Positions 12,801 through 23,924 of a stretch of 64,000 nucleotides of DNA are shown in pieces. The notes below the pieces were generated by a model that saw nothing but the letters and a program-made list of their open reading frames with translations, made no database searches and had not been told where the DNA came from. The number at the start of each line of letters is the position of its first letter. The stretch's first letter is position 1. Location of the stretch: positions 12,428,550 through 12,492,549 of the forward strand of contig NC_090404.1 of NCBI RefSeq assembly GCF_036365525.1. Reading direction: 5' to 3'. Both the position numbers and the translations under genes were made by a program. The stretch is from Heterodontus francisci. Lineage: Eukaryota.

Positions 12801-13248
12801 GCAGAGGAGATTTACTAGGATGTTGCCTGGTATGGAAGGAAGGTCTTACGAGGAAAGGCTGAGGGACTTGGGGTTGTTTTCGTTAGAGAGAAGGAGGAGG
12901 AGAGGTGACTTAATAGAGACATACAAGATAATCAGAGGGTTAGATAGGGTGGATAGTGAGAGTCTTTTTCCTCGGATGAGGATGGCAAACACGAGGGGAC
13001 ATAGCTTTAAGTTGAGGGGTGAAAGATATAGGACAGATGTCAGAGGTAGTTTCTTTACGCAGAGAGTAGTAGGGGCGTGGAACGCCCTGCCTGCAACAGT
13101 AGTAGACTCGCCAACTTTAAGGGCATTTAAGTGGTCATTGGATAGACATATGGATGTAAATGGAATAGTGTAGGTCAGATGATCGGCGCAACATCGAGGG
13201 CCGAAGGGCCTGTACTGCGCTGTAATATTCTAATTCTAATTCTAATTC
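9803..13248 (+). mobile_element. young 5'-truncated CR1 LINE (partial ORF1 esterase, ORF2, (TTCTAA)n tail)
   Basis: ORF1 SGNH motifs (VVVHIGTND, DGLHLN); ORF2 APE (NARSI, SETW, GDFN, SDH) and RT; tail at 13225-13248. Confidence 0.95.
10405..13173 (+). CDS. CR1 ORF2 (AP endonuclease + reverse transcriptase); single frameshift in the G-run at ~10593-10601
   Basis: 856-aa open frame 10603-13173; the N-terminal LKCVYFNARSIRNK..GKRGGG lies in another frame. Confidence 0.9.
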
Positions 13249-13569
13249 TGGTGGCCGGGTTTAATTAAACTGCTTTGAGCGTTTCTCACAGACACTGTTC
13301 ACTGTTTCTGTTCTCTCTGTTTCCATTTCTGGGTTTGATTCAGAGTGACGCACTGATGCTCTGACGCATGAGTTTTCCCCCTACTCTCCATCAATAGTGA
13401 GCTTGAACCTCCCTCACACTTCACTTTGTGAGCACAAGTCCCAGACACCCGCTGACACGGTGTCCTGGTGTCAGATTCACTTGGATGCAAAACAGCGCTG
13501 CCTTCTCCAGGAGCCTCTCTTCGCCTGGATCTGCCGACAGTTACTTTACACAAGTGGATAGGATCCAGC

Positions 13570-14102
13570 ATGAAGCTGAGCTTCACTTTAGTTATTATCT
13601 CCCTGGATTTCTTACTCTACCCTCCGTGTGAGTGTGGACACTATCTCTGTTTGTCAGGAATTCTTTACACACAGACACACACACATCTATCTATATCATG
13701 TTATGTTGCGTTAGATTGCACTTTGCTGGATATTCTATTGTATTCTGTTGTGTTGTATTTTATTGCGCTATGTTGTATTGTATTCTGTTATATTATATGA
13801 TTATATATTATATCTGCATATTCTTCTCAGATGCCACTGGCAGTGAAGAGGTATCGCAGTCTCCTGAGTCAGTAGTTGTTATCGAGGGAGACACTGCATC
13901 GTTGACCTGTTCCACCATAGTGGCAGGTCGGATCCTACAATGGTACAGACAATACGGGATTGAACCGTGCATTACCTGGCGACCGGTACCAGTGATCACA
14001 ACAGGATCACGTCTCAGTTCATTGCAGCAGACAAGGGCAACTGTCTGACTGCGAGCGACAGTCGAGTGACAGAAACCACCACCTATTTCTGTGCAGTGGA
14101 TA
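13570..14102 (+). pseudogene. TCR alpha/delta V pseudogene (leader 13570-13627, V exon 13831-14102)
   Basis: Leader MKLSFTLVIISLDFLLYPP with GTGAGT donor; V reads ATGSEEVSQSPESVVVIEGDTASLTC..LQWYRQ, frameshift near 13966, ..ETTTYFCAVDT; RSS CACAGTA (14103-14109), 23 bp, ACAAAAAAC (14133-14141). Confidence 0.9.
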
Positions 14103-14550
14103 CACAGTACAGCAAAGATCAGCAGGGACTGTACAAAAAACTGCCGGAGCGGTCCTCATCATTTGTGGCCTGTGCAGATATCAGGGAGATGGCAATTTTA
14201 TAGCACTCTCTCTGGGAAATGCCCCTCAGTCTTCCAATAAGTGAAGTTTCCCCTGATCTGAGTTCTGTCTTTCAAAACCGATAAAATATTCTGTTATTTT
14301 CTGTCGAACTCTAAACCAGACTCCATGCGTTCCCACATTCCTTACTGATAATAACTGATAATAACGCTCCATGCTGATCAAACAGAGATAGTGACCACAC
14401 TCACACAGAGGGCAGAGTAAGAAATCCAGGGAGATAATAACTAAAGTAAAGCCCAGCTGCTCGGTGAGTCTATGTTTAAATGGTCACTGTCTGTTTAATG
14501 CGTCACATTCAATCCCAGACTTAGACACATTCAGTGTTTTGTTACACGAG

Positions 14551-14800
14551 CAAATGGCGCAGAGTCAGTGTCCCAGGATCAGTCTGAGTTAATGGTTCCG
14601 GAAAAACAGAGCGTAATCTTCAGCTATAGATATTCCACTACTGAGAGCTTTTCCTACCACTATTGGTGCATCTCTATTCCGGGTAAGCTCTGAGATATTC
14701 ACTGAGGGGATATAACTCGAGACATATAAATAATTCTCAAGAATGCCCAGTCCGGTTCTCTTTTGATTTGGACAAGGATAAAGACAACAATATAACTGTT
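14551..14800 (+). pseudogene. 3'-truncated V relic without RSS
   Basis: Reads ANGAESVSQDQSELMVPEKQSVIFSYRYSTTESFSYHYW, then a frameshift to ..PVRFSFDLDKDK; upstream GTGAGT donor at 14464. Confidence 0.6.
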
Positions 14801-14944
14801 TGATATATAAACCTGGAAGTCTTCGTTCTCCATGAGCCCGGGATCATACTAACCCATAAATAAAGGTACCAAAGAACACTTAACGCAGCTGTAAGTACTC
14901 ACTGTGGTTTTTGTACGGGGTCTTGGCTTTCGTCTGACGCTGTG

Positions 14945-15472
14945 CCTCACCGCACAATAATAGCCAGTTCCGTCCTCCACACTCAGATCGCTTATATTGA
15001 GATAATCGTTCCTTTTAGACTTATCAGCAGCCGCCAGATATTGTCCTGAGATTTCGTTTCCCTTCAGTGCAACTAGTTTGCTAATAATTCAGCTTGGAGG
15101 CTGTGCTGGTTTCTGCTGATACCATTGCATGTAATCAATATTCAGGGTTGTATATTCGCAATCTAACTGCACCGAACCCCCTTCTGACACGGTTATTGTC
15201 ACCGGAGACTGAGTTACTGCATCTGCACATAGTCCGCCTGTGAATGTAGAGGAATAAAGAACAGGAGGTTAAGGAGGATCGGTCTAAAATTGTGTCTATC
15301 TGTGTAAGTGCGCGTAATCTTCCATCTACCAGGCTGTCCACCATATGGATCTTTCTGATCGCAAATTATACTAAACCCGAGAACAAGCTCTTAGCAGAAA
15401 TATGACGACGTGCCTATTGAACCTAATCCAGTACTTACTGTCCAACACAGCCGCCAGTATTATCAGAAACAT
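14945..15472 (-). pseudogene. TCR alpha/delta V with a single premature stop (leader 15472-15439, V exon 15237-14945)
   Basis: MFLIILAAVLD/SGLCADAVTQSPVTITVSEGGSVQLDCEYTTLNIDYMQWYQQKPAQPPS*IISK...DLSVEDGTGYYCAVR; RSS CACAGCG (14944-14938), 23 bp, ACAAAAACC (14914-14906). Confidence 0.92.
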
Positions 15473-15671
15473 ATCTGACTGAATCCCTCGCAGTGAATTG
15501 GAATGGAATGAGCCAGAGAGTGAGAAGGGGAGAGAGGTAAGCCGAGGCCTGTTGAGCTCACAGTTCCACCCACACACTGCAGGGGGCAGCCCCATTGTGA
15601 CCTCACTCAGGCTGCGAACTCTTTTGCCCTTGGCTGGCATCACGTGACTTTCTAATTGCCATGCTTGAGTT

Positions 15672-15690
15672 TGGCGCCCTCTGTTGGCGG
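15672..15690 (-). promoter_or_regulatory. CTCF-like motif
   Basis: CCGCCAACAGAGGGCGCCA, ~200 bp upstream of the V leader at 15472. Confidence 0.6.
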
Positions 15691-15879
15691 ATTCTGTTCA
15701 ATCCCCGGTTGAGAATAGGGTCATTAAGCACATTCAGGATTTATTAATTGACATTTCAAAACACAAATGCCAGACATTGTCTCCCAGGAAGCTAAATTGG
15801 AGCTGATTATACCTATTCTTTATTGTTGTTGATGTTTATGCCAGAAAGTGGTGTTTAACCTTTCTAAACCACTGTTTAG

Positions 15880-16130
15880 ACATCAGGGTTCTGTGTCCAA
15901 TTCTGGGCACCACTATTTAGAAAGAATATCAAGACATTGGAGAACGTGCCGAGGAGATACATCAGAATGGTAGCAGAGATGAGAGACTTTTATGTGAACA
16001 GACTAGGGAAGCTGGGATTGTTCACTCTATATCGAAGAAGTTCAAAATTATAAGTGGGTTTTATAAAGTAGATCGCACATAACTGTTTCCATTAAGCAGG
16101 AAATTTGGCGAACCTAGCACGTGGATTTAT
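15880..16130 (+). mobile_element. decayed CR1 3' fragment
   Basis: Remnants of CVQFWAP..LE..R.LGLF. Confidence 0.6.
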
Positions 16131-16196
16131 GAGATAAAAGCAATAAATGCTGGACATACTCAGAAGATCAGGCAGCATCTGTGGAGAGAGAAGCAG

Positions 16197-16233
16197 AGTT
16201 AACGTTTCAGGTCATTGACCCTTCATCAGAACT
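16197..16233 (-). ncRNA. minimal hammerhead ribozyme motif (same family as 7842)
   Basis: Minus strand AGTT-CTGATGA-A-GGGTCA a TGACCT-GAAA-C-GTT-AACT. Confidence 0.7.
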
Positions 16234-16349
16234 GGCAAATATTAGAAATGTAAAAGGTTTAAAGCAAGTAAAGTGAGATTGGGGCAAGAAATAACAAAGG
16301 AGAAGGTGTAGAGAGGACAAGGTCACAGGGAATAACTGACCAGAAGGTC

Positions 16350-17090
16350 ATGGAGCAACACATGTGGTGTCTGCCACTAACAGGATGCTGCCATCAACCC
16401 AAAAAGACGTTCTGCCTATCACACAAATGAGTAATGTGATATATGAATTTGAATGCCAGTGTGATGCTAGGTATATGGGCCATACGTCCCAAAGACTGGT
16501 GGATCGTATCAACATGTCCCTTCTACTGTTCGCAACGGGCAAGGTACGGGCCATACCCAACCAGCCAGTGCTTGCAAAACTCAAACACAGTGTCCAACAT
16601 TTGTTGTGATTCGATGATTGGACAACATTTGCTAAATAATCCACAGAGTGCTAAGAATTACGCTGACAACCCATTTAAAATTGTCAGTACGGCTCACAGT
16701 GTGGCGCATTTCCACGTACTGGAAGCTACATATTTTACTACACACGACCCTGTTCTTTGCAGACAGAAAGAACATGTACAAACATTGCTCCCATTTCAGC
16801 TGAACAAATTAAGTGACAGCCATTCGTTGGTTCACTTCTCAGGGCAATGCCTTGACCAATCGGTGTCAAGCTGCCTGGATTAACTTTTAAACAAAGCTTA
16901 ATTGAGAGTCACTGTAACCTGGTGCATTCGCCATGGCTACGCCTCTGCCGATTAGTGTTCACTTGCCAACCAATCAGCACTCTCTTCTCATCCGGTATAA
17001 GTTGTTGTTTTCCTTTACATTGGTTATTCTTGCGATTGTCCTGATGAGTGCAAGACGAAAAGCTTCGACAACATGTCTCTATTTTCAATA
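16350..17090 (+). mobile_element. second Penelope-like family 3' fragment (GIY-YIG) with terminal region
   Basis: SNVIYEFECQCDARYMGHTSQRL..R..IGQHL..F.IV..LEA..P.LCRQKE. Confidence 0.85.
17036..17071 (+). ncRNA. minimal type-I hammerhead ribozyme
   Basis: TTGTC-CTGATGA-GTGCAAGAC-GAAA-AGCT-TC-GACAA: perfect 5-bp stem I, complete core, palindromic AAGCTT stem III, UUC cleavage triplet. Confidence 0.8.
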
Positions 17091-18023
17091 TAATAGTGCT
17101 AGCAGTCCTATCCCGTGTCTGCTTTCCCCCAATATGTAATGAATGTGGCAGTACCGGAGCTCTTATAGAGAGGCAGAGTTATATAATTTCTCAAGAAGAT
17201 GTTATTATTGAATTCCGTTCATTACAAATGGCTACTGCTCCCAGTAACCCCGCCCTTTGCTGTCTCTCTGACCTGTGAGTGGAAGGAGTAGAAGATGTGG
17301 AAATGAATATTAAAATGTGACTGACACACACCCTGGGATCTGATTTCTGAATCCATCCACTCTACCGTTAGTGGAGATCGCTGTGAAAGGAGAGAAAGAC
17401 AAACCTAAACCGTCTGTATTTTGTTTCTTTTTCTGCTCGACACGTTTTTTCTTTCCTGAGCTAAAGTTATAAGGACAGTTTTTTCATGTCCTGCTGGTAT
17501 TGGGTTCTTGTTATGAGAATCCGCCCTACACCTCACCCTGGAGGCTCTGAACCCGCTCCCTGTGCTCTGCTCCCGCCACGTTTAGCCGATGAGCCGCAAA
17601 TTGCAAAAAATTAAAGCACCGATGCGCCGGTCCCTCACTTCCCTCTCTTCACAAGTCCAAAACCTGTAGATTATGGATATTTAAGTTAATCATTACGAAC
17701 ACAAAGAATGTCAGAATTCGACAGGAAGAATTTAATCAGCATTTCAAATTGAAACCAGGGAAGAGAGTGCTGAAAACGCTTTTTAAACTACAGCAAGGCT
17801 TCATTCTTTATGTCTGTTCACTTGTTTGTTCAGTTGCAGCAGATATCACCATTCCAATATGTAGGATCTATAAATCACTCCAGCAAAATACAGAATCATT
17901 GTTAGTTCATGCGTTAACTGATCGGTGAGGAAGATCTCACTGGAGTCACGGTTACCAGTGTCCTGAAGATGAAGATACTGGAATTTGAGAGGAAGAATTG
18001 ATGCCAGAATAAACAAAATCTAG

Positions 18024-18281
18024 TAACAATCCCATGTTTCTGGTTACAATAACCAGACAAGTTTCAGTCCCCCGCCGCACGTCTCTAACAACGGAACCAT
18101 TCCCCATATAAGGACAGTGACTGTCGCCCAGCTCGGGGTGTTTCCATTCACTGGAAGCCAGCTCGCCACCTACCGGTCTCACAGCACCACTGAGGACACA
18201 AGGAAGTGAGGTGGTGCGAGCATCTTGAGACATGATAGCAGATTATTGAGGGTGGGGATTAAAACGGGTGTCTTCAAATAT
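18024..18281 (+). repeat. left inverted-repeat arm flanking V (pairs with 19041-19276)
   Basis: CGGAACCATTCC..CAGCTC.CCACCTAC..CAGATTATTGA.GGTGGGGATTA..TCTTCAAATAT is mirrored at 19041-19276. Confidence 0.85.
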
Positions 18282-18313
18282 CTAACACCCGTTTTACAGA
18301 GCGGACAGCGAAA

Positions 18314-18783
18314 ATGCGGATACTCAGCATCTGGGTTGTGTGGGGAGCATTTCTGACAGGTAATTGTGGAATAAACACATTTCATCTTTTCTCTCATTTC
18401 TTAAACATGGTTTAAATCTGAATTTTAAACAACCGATGGCCTAATCTTTTCCTGTTCAAACATTTTGTTTTCAGATTGGAGTCATGGAGATTCTGTCACT
18501 CAGCAGCTGCCCTCAGATGTTAAGGCCGCAGGAGAAGCGGTGACTTTAAGATGTACATATGATACTACACAGAGCAACTATTATTTATACTGGTACCGGC
18601 AACACAAAGATATAGAGCCCGAGTTTATCCTGAGGAAATACTCAGGCAGTGGTGAATATAAAGCAGATTTTGCGAAAATCCGTTTCGTTGCTAAGCTCCA
18701 AAAATGGAATAAATGCATCAGTTTAACCATCTCGGGGCTGCAGCTGACTGACGCTGCCATGTATTACTGCGCTCTCCAGGACT
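18314..18783 (+). CDS. TRAV/TRDV: open TCR alpha/delta V segment (leader 18314-18359, V exon 18475-18783)
   Basis: MRILSIWVVWGAFLT/DWSHGDSVTQ..VTLRC..LYWYRQ..LQLTDAAMYYCALQD; phase-1 GT..AG intron. Confidence 0.95.
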
Positions 18784-18822
18784 CACAGTGATGGAAAGCA
18801 GTCACACCCCTGTACAAAAACT
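18784..18822 (+). promoter_or_regulatory. 23-RSS
   Basis: CACAGTG, 23-bp spacer, ACAAAAACT. Confidence 0.95.
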
Positions 18823-19040
18823 GCCTTTGGACAGTGGGTCGAAGCTAATGTCTGTTGGGGGTTGTGTAGAATCGCGGGCAGATGTGCAGCGACAATGTGC
18901 AGCACGCTGTCAGGCGTTCAAACACACACCGAGAGGAAACCAAATTAACCTCGGATCAAACTGTCACCCAACTTTTTCCAGGAGCGGCCAAGAAATCAAA
19001 CTGCAGAATCCAAATAGACAGACAGATCCAGCACAGAAAC

Positions 19041-19276
19041 ATATTTGAAGACACTCCTTCTAATCCCCACCTTCAATAATCTGCTGTCGTATCTCAAGTT
19101 GCTCTCCAGTGATACTATCAGGCCTGTAGGTGGTGAGCTGGCAGTAAGTGAATGGACACATCCCCGAGCTGAGCTGCAGTCACTCTCCTTAAAGGAGGAA
19201 TGGTTCCGCTGTTAAAAGCCAAGGTGGGAATGAAATCCTGGTCTGTTACTTATCCCCAGCAAGCTCAGGATTGTTA
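19041..19276 (-). repeat. right inverted-repeat arm flanking V
   Basis: Reverse complement of 18024-18281 with a small internal deletion. Confidence 0.85.
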
Positions 19277-19402
19277 ATGCTGACAGTAAACATTCCATCA
19301 CGAAGGAGACAAACTGAAGCACAATGGGCATTGAGGGAACTCTGTGTCTGGGGCTTGCTTGAAAGATCACAGACACTACCTTGGCAGATCCGTTCATTGG
19401 GT

Positions 19403-20152
19403 TTTTTTTCAAATCCTTTCATGGGATGTGGGTGCCGCTGACTCAGCCAGCATTTATTGCCCATCACTAATTGTGCTTGAGAAGGTGGTGGTGAGATACC
19501 TTCTGGAACCGCTGCAATCCATGGGGTGTAGGTGCATCTACAGTGCTGCTGGGAAGGAGGTCCCAGGACTTTGATCCAGCGACAGTGAAGAAAGGGCGAT
19601 ATTGTTCCAAGTCAGGATGGTGTGTGGCTTGGAGGGAACTTGTAGGTGGTGGTGTTCCCAGGCATCTGCTGCCCTTGTCCTTCTAGTTGGTAGATGTCAC
19701 GGGTTTGGAAGGCGCTGTCGAAGGACCCTTGGTGAGTTGCTGCAGTGCATCTTGTAGATGGTACACACTGCTGCCACTATGTGTCAGTGGAGGAGGGAGT
19801 GAATGGTGAAGACGGTGGATGGTGCCAATCAAGCGGGATGTTTTTTCCTGGATGAAGTCGAGCTTCCTGAAATGCTGTTGTACCTGCAGCCATCCAGGAA
19901 ACTGAAGAGTATTCCAACACACTCCTGACTTGTGCCTTGTAGATGGTGGACAGGCATTGGGGGGAGAGGAGGTGAGTTATTCGCAGAAGAATTCCTAGCC
20001 TCCAACCTGCTCTTGTAGCCGCAGCATTTACGTGGATGGTCCAGTTCAGTTTCTGGTAAATGGTAACCCGTTGGATGTTGATAGTGGGGGATTCGGCGAT
20101 GATAATGCAATTGAATGTCTAGGGAAGATATTTGGATTCTCTCTTATTTGAG
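19403..20152 (-). mobile_element. L2/Crack-like LINE 3' fragment
   Basis: Same family as 3225-3856, reverse orientation. Confidence 0.75.
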
Positions 20153-22630
20153 ATAGAAACATAGAAAATAGGAGCAGGAGTAGGCCTTCTCCGCCATTCT
20201 GTATGATCATGGCTGATCATCCAACTCAGTACCCTGTTCCCGCTTTCGCCCCATATCCTTTGATGACTTTAAACCCAAGAGCTATATCTAACTCATCCTT
20301 GAAAACATACAATGTTTTGGCTTCAACTGCTTTCTGTGGTAGTGAATTCCACAGGTTCCCCACTCTCTGGGTGAAGAAATTTCTTCTCATCTCAGTACTG
20401 AAAGGTTTACCCCGTAATCTGAGGCTACGACCTTGGTTCTGGGCTCCCCACCATCGGGAACATCCTTCCTACATCTACCCTGTCAAGTCCTGTTAGAATT
20501 TTATAGGTTTCTATGAGATCCACCTCACTCTTCTGAACTCCAGCAAATATAATCCTAACCGACTCAATCTCTCCTCATACCTCAGTCACGCCATCCCAGG
20601 AATCAGTCTGGTGAACCTTCACTGCACTCCCTCTATAGCAAGAACATCCTTCCTCAGATAAGGAGACCAAAACTGCGCACAATATTCCAGGTGTGGCCTG
20701 ATCAAGGCCCTGTATAATTGCAGCAAGACATCCCTGGTCCTGTACTCGAATCCTCTCGCTATGAAGGCCAACATACCACTTGCCTTTTTTGCTGCCTGTT
20801 GGACCCGCATGCTTACCTTCAGCGACTGGTGTACGGGAACACCCAGGTCTCGCTGCATATTCCCCTCTCTCAGTTTATAGCCATTCAGATAATAATCTGC
20901 CTTCCTGTTTTTGCTACCAAAATGGATAACCTCACATTTATCCACATTATACTGCATCTGCCATGCATTCGCCCACTCACTCAACTTGTCCAAATCACAC
21001 TGACGCTTCTCTGCATCCTCCTCACAACTCACCCTCCCACCCAGTTTTGTGTCATCTGAAAATTTGGAGATATTACATTTATTTCCCTCATCTAGATCAT
21101 TATATATATTGTGAATAGCTGGGGTCCTAGCTGTGGTACCCCACTAGTCACTGCCTGCCATTCAGAAAAAGATCCATTTATCCCTACTCTTTGTTTCCTA
21201 TCTGCCAGACAGTTTTCTATCCATCGCAATACACTACCCCCAATCCCATGTGCTTTAATTTTATACGCTAACCTCTTAAATGGGACTTTGTCGAAAGCCT
21301 TCTGAAAGTCCCAATAAACCACATCCACTGGCTCCCCCTCATCAACTCTACTAGTTACATCCTCGCAAAATTCTAGTAAATTTGTCAAGCATGATTTCCT
21401 TTCGTAAATCCATGCTGAATCTGTCCGATTCTACCACTGTTCTCCAAGTGTTCTGCTATAAAATCTTTGATAATGGACTCTAGAATTTTCCCCACTACCG
21501 ACGTCAGGCTGACTGGTTTCTCTCTACCTCCATTTTAAATAGTTGGGTTACATTAGCTGCCCTCCAATCTGTAGGAACCGTTCCAGAGTCTATAGAATCT
21601 TGGAAGATGACCACCAATGCATCTATTATTTCTAGGGCTACTTCTTTAAGTACTCTGGGATGTAGATTATCAGGCCCTCAGTCCCATCAATTTCACCAAC
21701 ACCATTTCTCTATTAATACTGATTTCCTTCAGTTTCTCCCTCTCACTAAACCCTGTGTTCCCCAACATTTCTGGTATGATATTTGTGTCCTTCTTTGTGA
21801 AGACAGAACCAAAGTATGCATTTAGTTGGTCAGCCATTTCTTTGTTCCCTAAAATAAATCCCCCTGCTTCTGACCTACATTTGTCTTCACTAATCTTTTT
21901 CTCTTCACATACCTATAGAAAATTTTACAGTCAATTTTTATGTTCCCCGCAAGCCTGCTGTCGTATTCTATTTTCCCCTCTTTAATCGGTCCCTTGGTCC
22001 TCCTTTGCTGAATTGTAAACTGCTCCCAATCCTCAGGTCTGTTGTTTTTTTCTGGCGAATTTATATGTCTCTTCCTTGGATCTAATGCTATCTCCAATTT
22101 CCCTTGTAATCCATGGTTTGGCTACCTTTCCCGTTTTACATTTGCACCAGACAGGGATAAACAATTGTTGCAGTTCATCCATGCGCTCTTTAAATGTTTG
22201 CCATTGTCTATCCACCTTCATCCCTTTAAGTAACGTTTCCCAATCCGTCACAGCCAATCCGTGCCTCATACCTTCATAGTTTCTTGTACTACGATTTAGA
22301 ATCCTAGTCTCAGAATCAACTACGTCACACTCCATCTTGATGAAGAATTCGATCATATTGTGGTCGCTCGTCCCCAAGGGGTCACACCACTGGATTGTCA
22401 ATTATTCCTCTCTCATTACACAATACCTAATCCATGATGGCCTGTTCTCTAGTTGGTTCCTCAATGTATTGGTCCAGAAAACCATCCCGTATACACTCCA
22501 AGAATTCCTCCTCTACAGTATTGTGACAAATTTGATTTGCCCAAACTATATGCAGATAAAACTCACCAATAATTACAGATGTTCCTTTATCGCATGCATC
22601 TCTAATTTCCTGTTTAATACCATTCCCAAC
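20153..22630 (-). mobile_element. degenerate CR1 LINE (APE end, RT and tail)
   Basis: Fragment ORFs with SDHNMI, TNLLEF, DFQKAFDKVP and RPHLEY. Confidence 0.9.
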
Positions 22631-23800
22631 ACCATTGCATGCAGTTTCCGTTGTTTGGCATGCAAGTAGTCCTGTGTTGTAGCTTCACCAGGTTTACACC
22701 TCATTTTAAGATATGCCTGATCCTGCGCTCTTCAGTAAACTCAGTTTGGTCCTGCAACTTGATGGTAATGGTAACGTGGGCCATGAGGTTACAGAGTGTG
22801 GTTGAATACAGGTCTGCTGCCGCTGATGGCTCACAGTGCCTCATGGATGCCTTGTTTTGAGTTGCTAGAACTGTTCGAAATTTATCCCATTTAACACAGT
22901 CGTGGTGTCACACAACACGATGGTGGGTATCTTTAAAGTGAAGATGGACTTTGTCTCCACAAAGACTGTGTGGTTGTCACTCTTACAATACTGTTATAAT
23001 CAATGCATCTTCGACAGGTAAATTGGTGATGTTCCCTCTTATTGGTTCCCTCACAACCTGCCACAGACCCAGCCTAGCAGCATTGTCCTTTCGGACTCGG
23101 CCAGCTCGGTCAGTAGCGGTGTTCCTGAGACGGTCCTGGTGATGGACCTTGAAGTCCCCTCCCAGAGTACATTCTGTGCCCTTGCCACCCTCAGTGCTTC
23201 TTCATGGAGACACACTGATTCACCAGCTGAGCGCGTGGGTGGGGGGTCAGGGAGTGATAATCAGCAGGAGGTTTCCTTGTCTATGTTTGATCTGATCCCA
23301 TGAGGAATCATAGGGTCCGGCATCAATGTTGAGGACTCCCAGCGCAACACCCTCCAGACTGTACTCTACTGTGCTACCTCATCATGTGGGTCTGTTCTGC
23401 CAGTGGGACAGGACATACCCTGGAATTGTAACGTTTGTGTCTGGGACTTGTCTATAAGATATGATTCACGTGTATGACTGTCAGGCTAACGCTTGAGGGA
23501 TCTGTGTGACAGCTCTCCCAATTTTGACACTAGTCCCCAGATGTTAGAAAGGAGAGCTTTGCAGGGTCGACAGGGCTGGGTGTGCTGTTGTCGTTTCCAG
23601 TGCATAGGTCGATGCCGGGTTGTCCATCTAGTTTCGTTCCTTATTGACTTTGTCGTGGTTTGATGCAACTGAGTGGCTTGCTCGGCCATTTCAGAGGGCA
23701 TTTAAGAGTCAACCACATTGCTGTGGGTCTGGAATCACATGTAGGCCAGACCAAGTAAGGATAGAAGATTTCTTTCCCTTAAGGACGTAGTGAACTTAAA
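22631..23800 (-). mobile_element. LINE 5'/endonuclease fragment, probably the upstream part of the element at 19403
   Basis: LLSNIWGLVSKLGELSHR and GDF-like remnants on the minus strand. Confidence 0.55.
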
Positions 23801-23924
23801 TGGGTAAGAACATGACTCGCTGGCTTGGAGCCGGGCATGGAATGCGAGCCCCTAGTGGACCAACGCTGTTTTATCCAGTAAAACGAATGATTAGAGGTCT
23901 TGGGACCGAAACGATCTCAACCTA

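Larger units (their letters stand above)
17260..19385 (+). repeat. segmental duplication arm 1 (inverted copy at 25770-27830)
   Basis: Co-linear similarity of flanks, leader, intron, V and RSS to the reverse complement of 25770-27830. Confidence 0.85.

Noticed and set aside
18104-18113. CArG box CCATATAAGG in the upstream inverted-repeat arm
   Set aside because: Not conserved in the other three arms.
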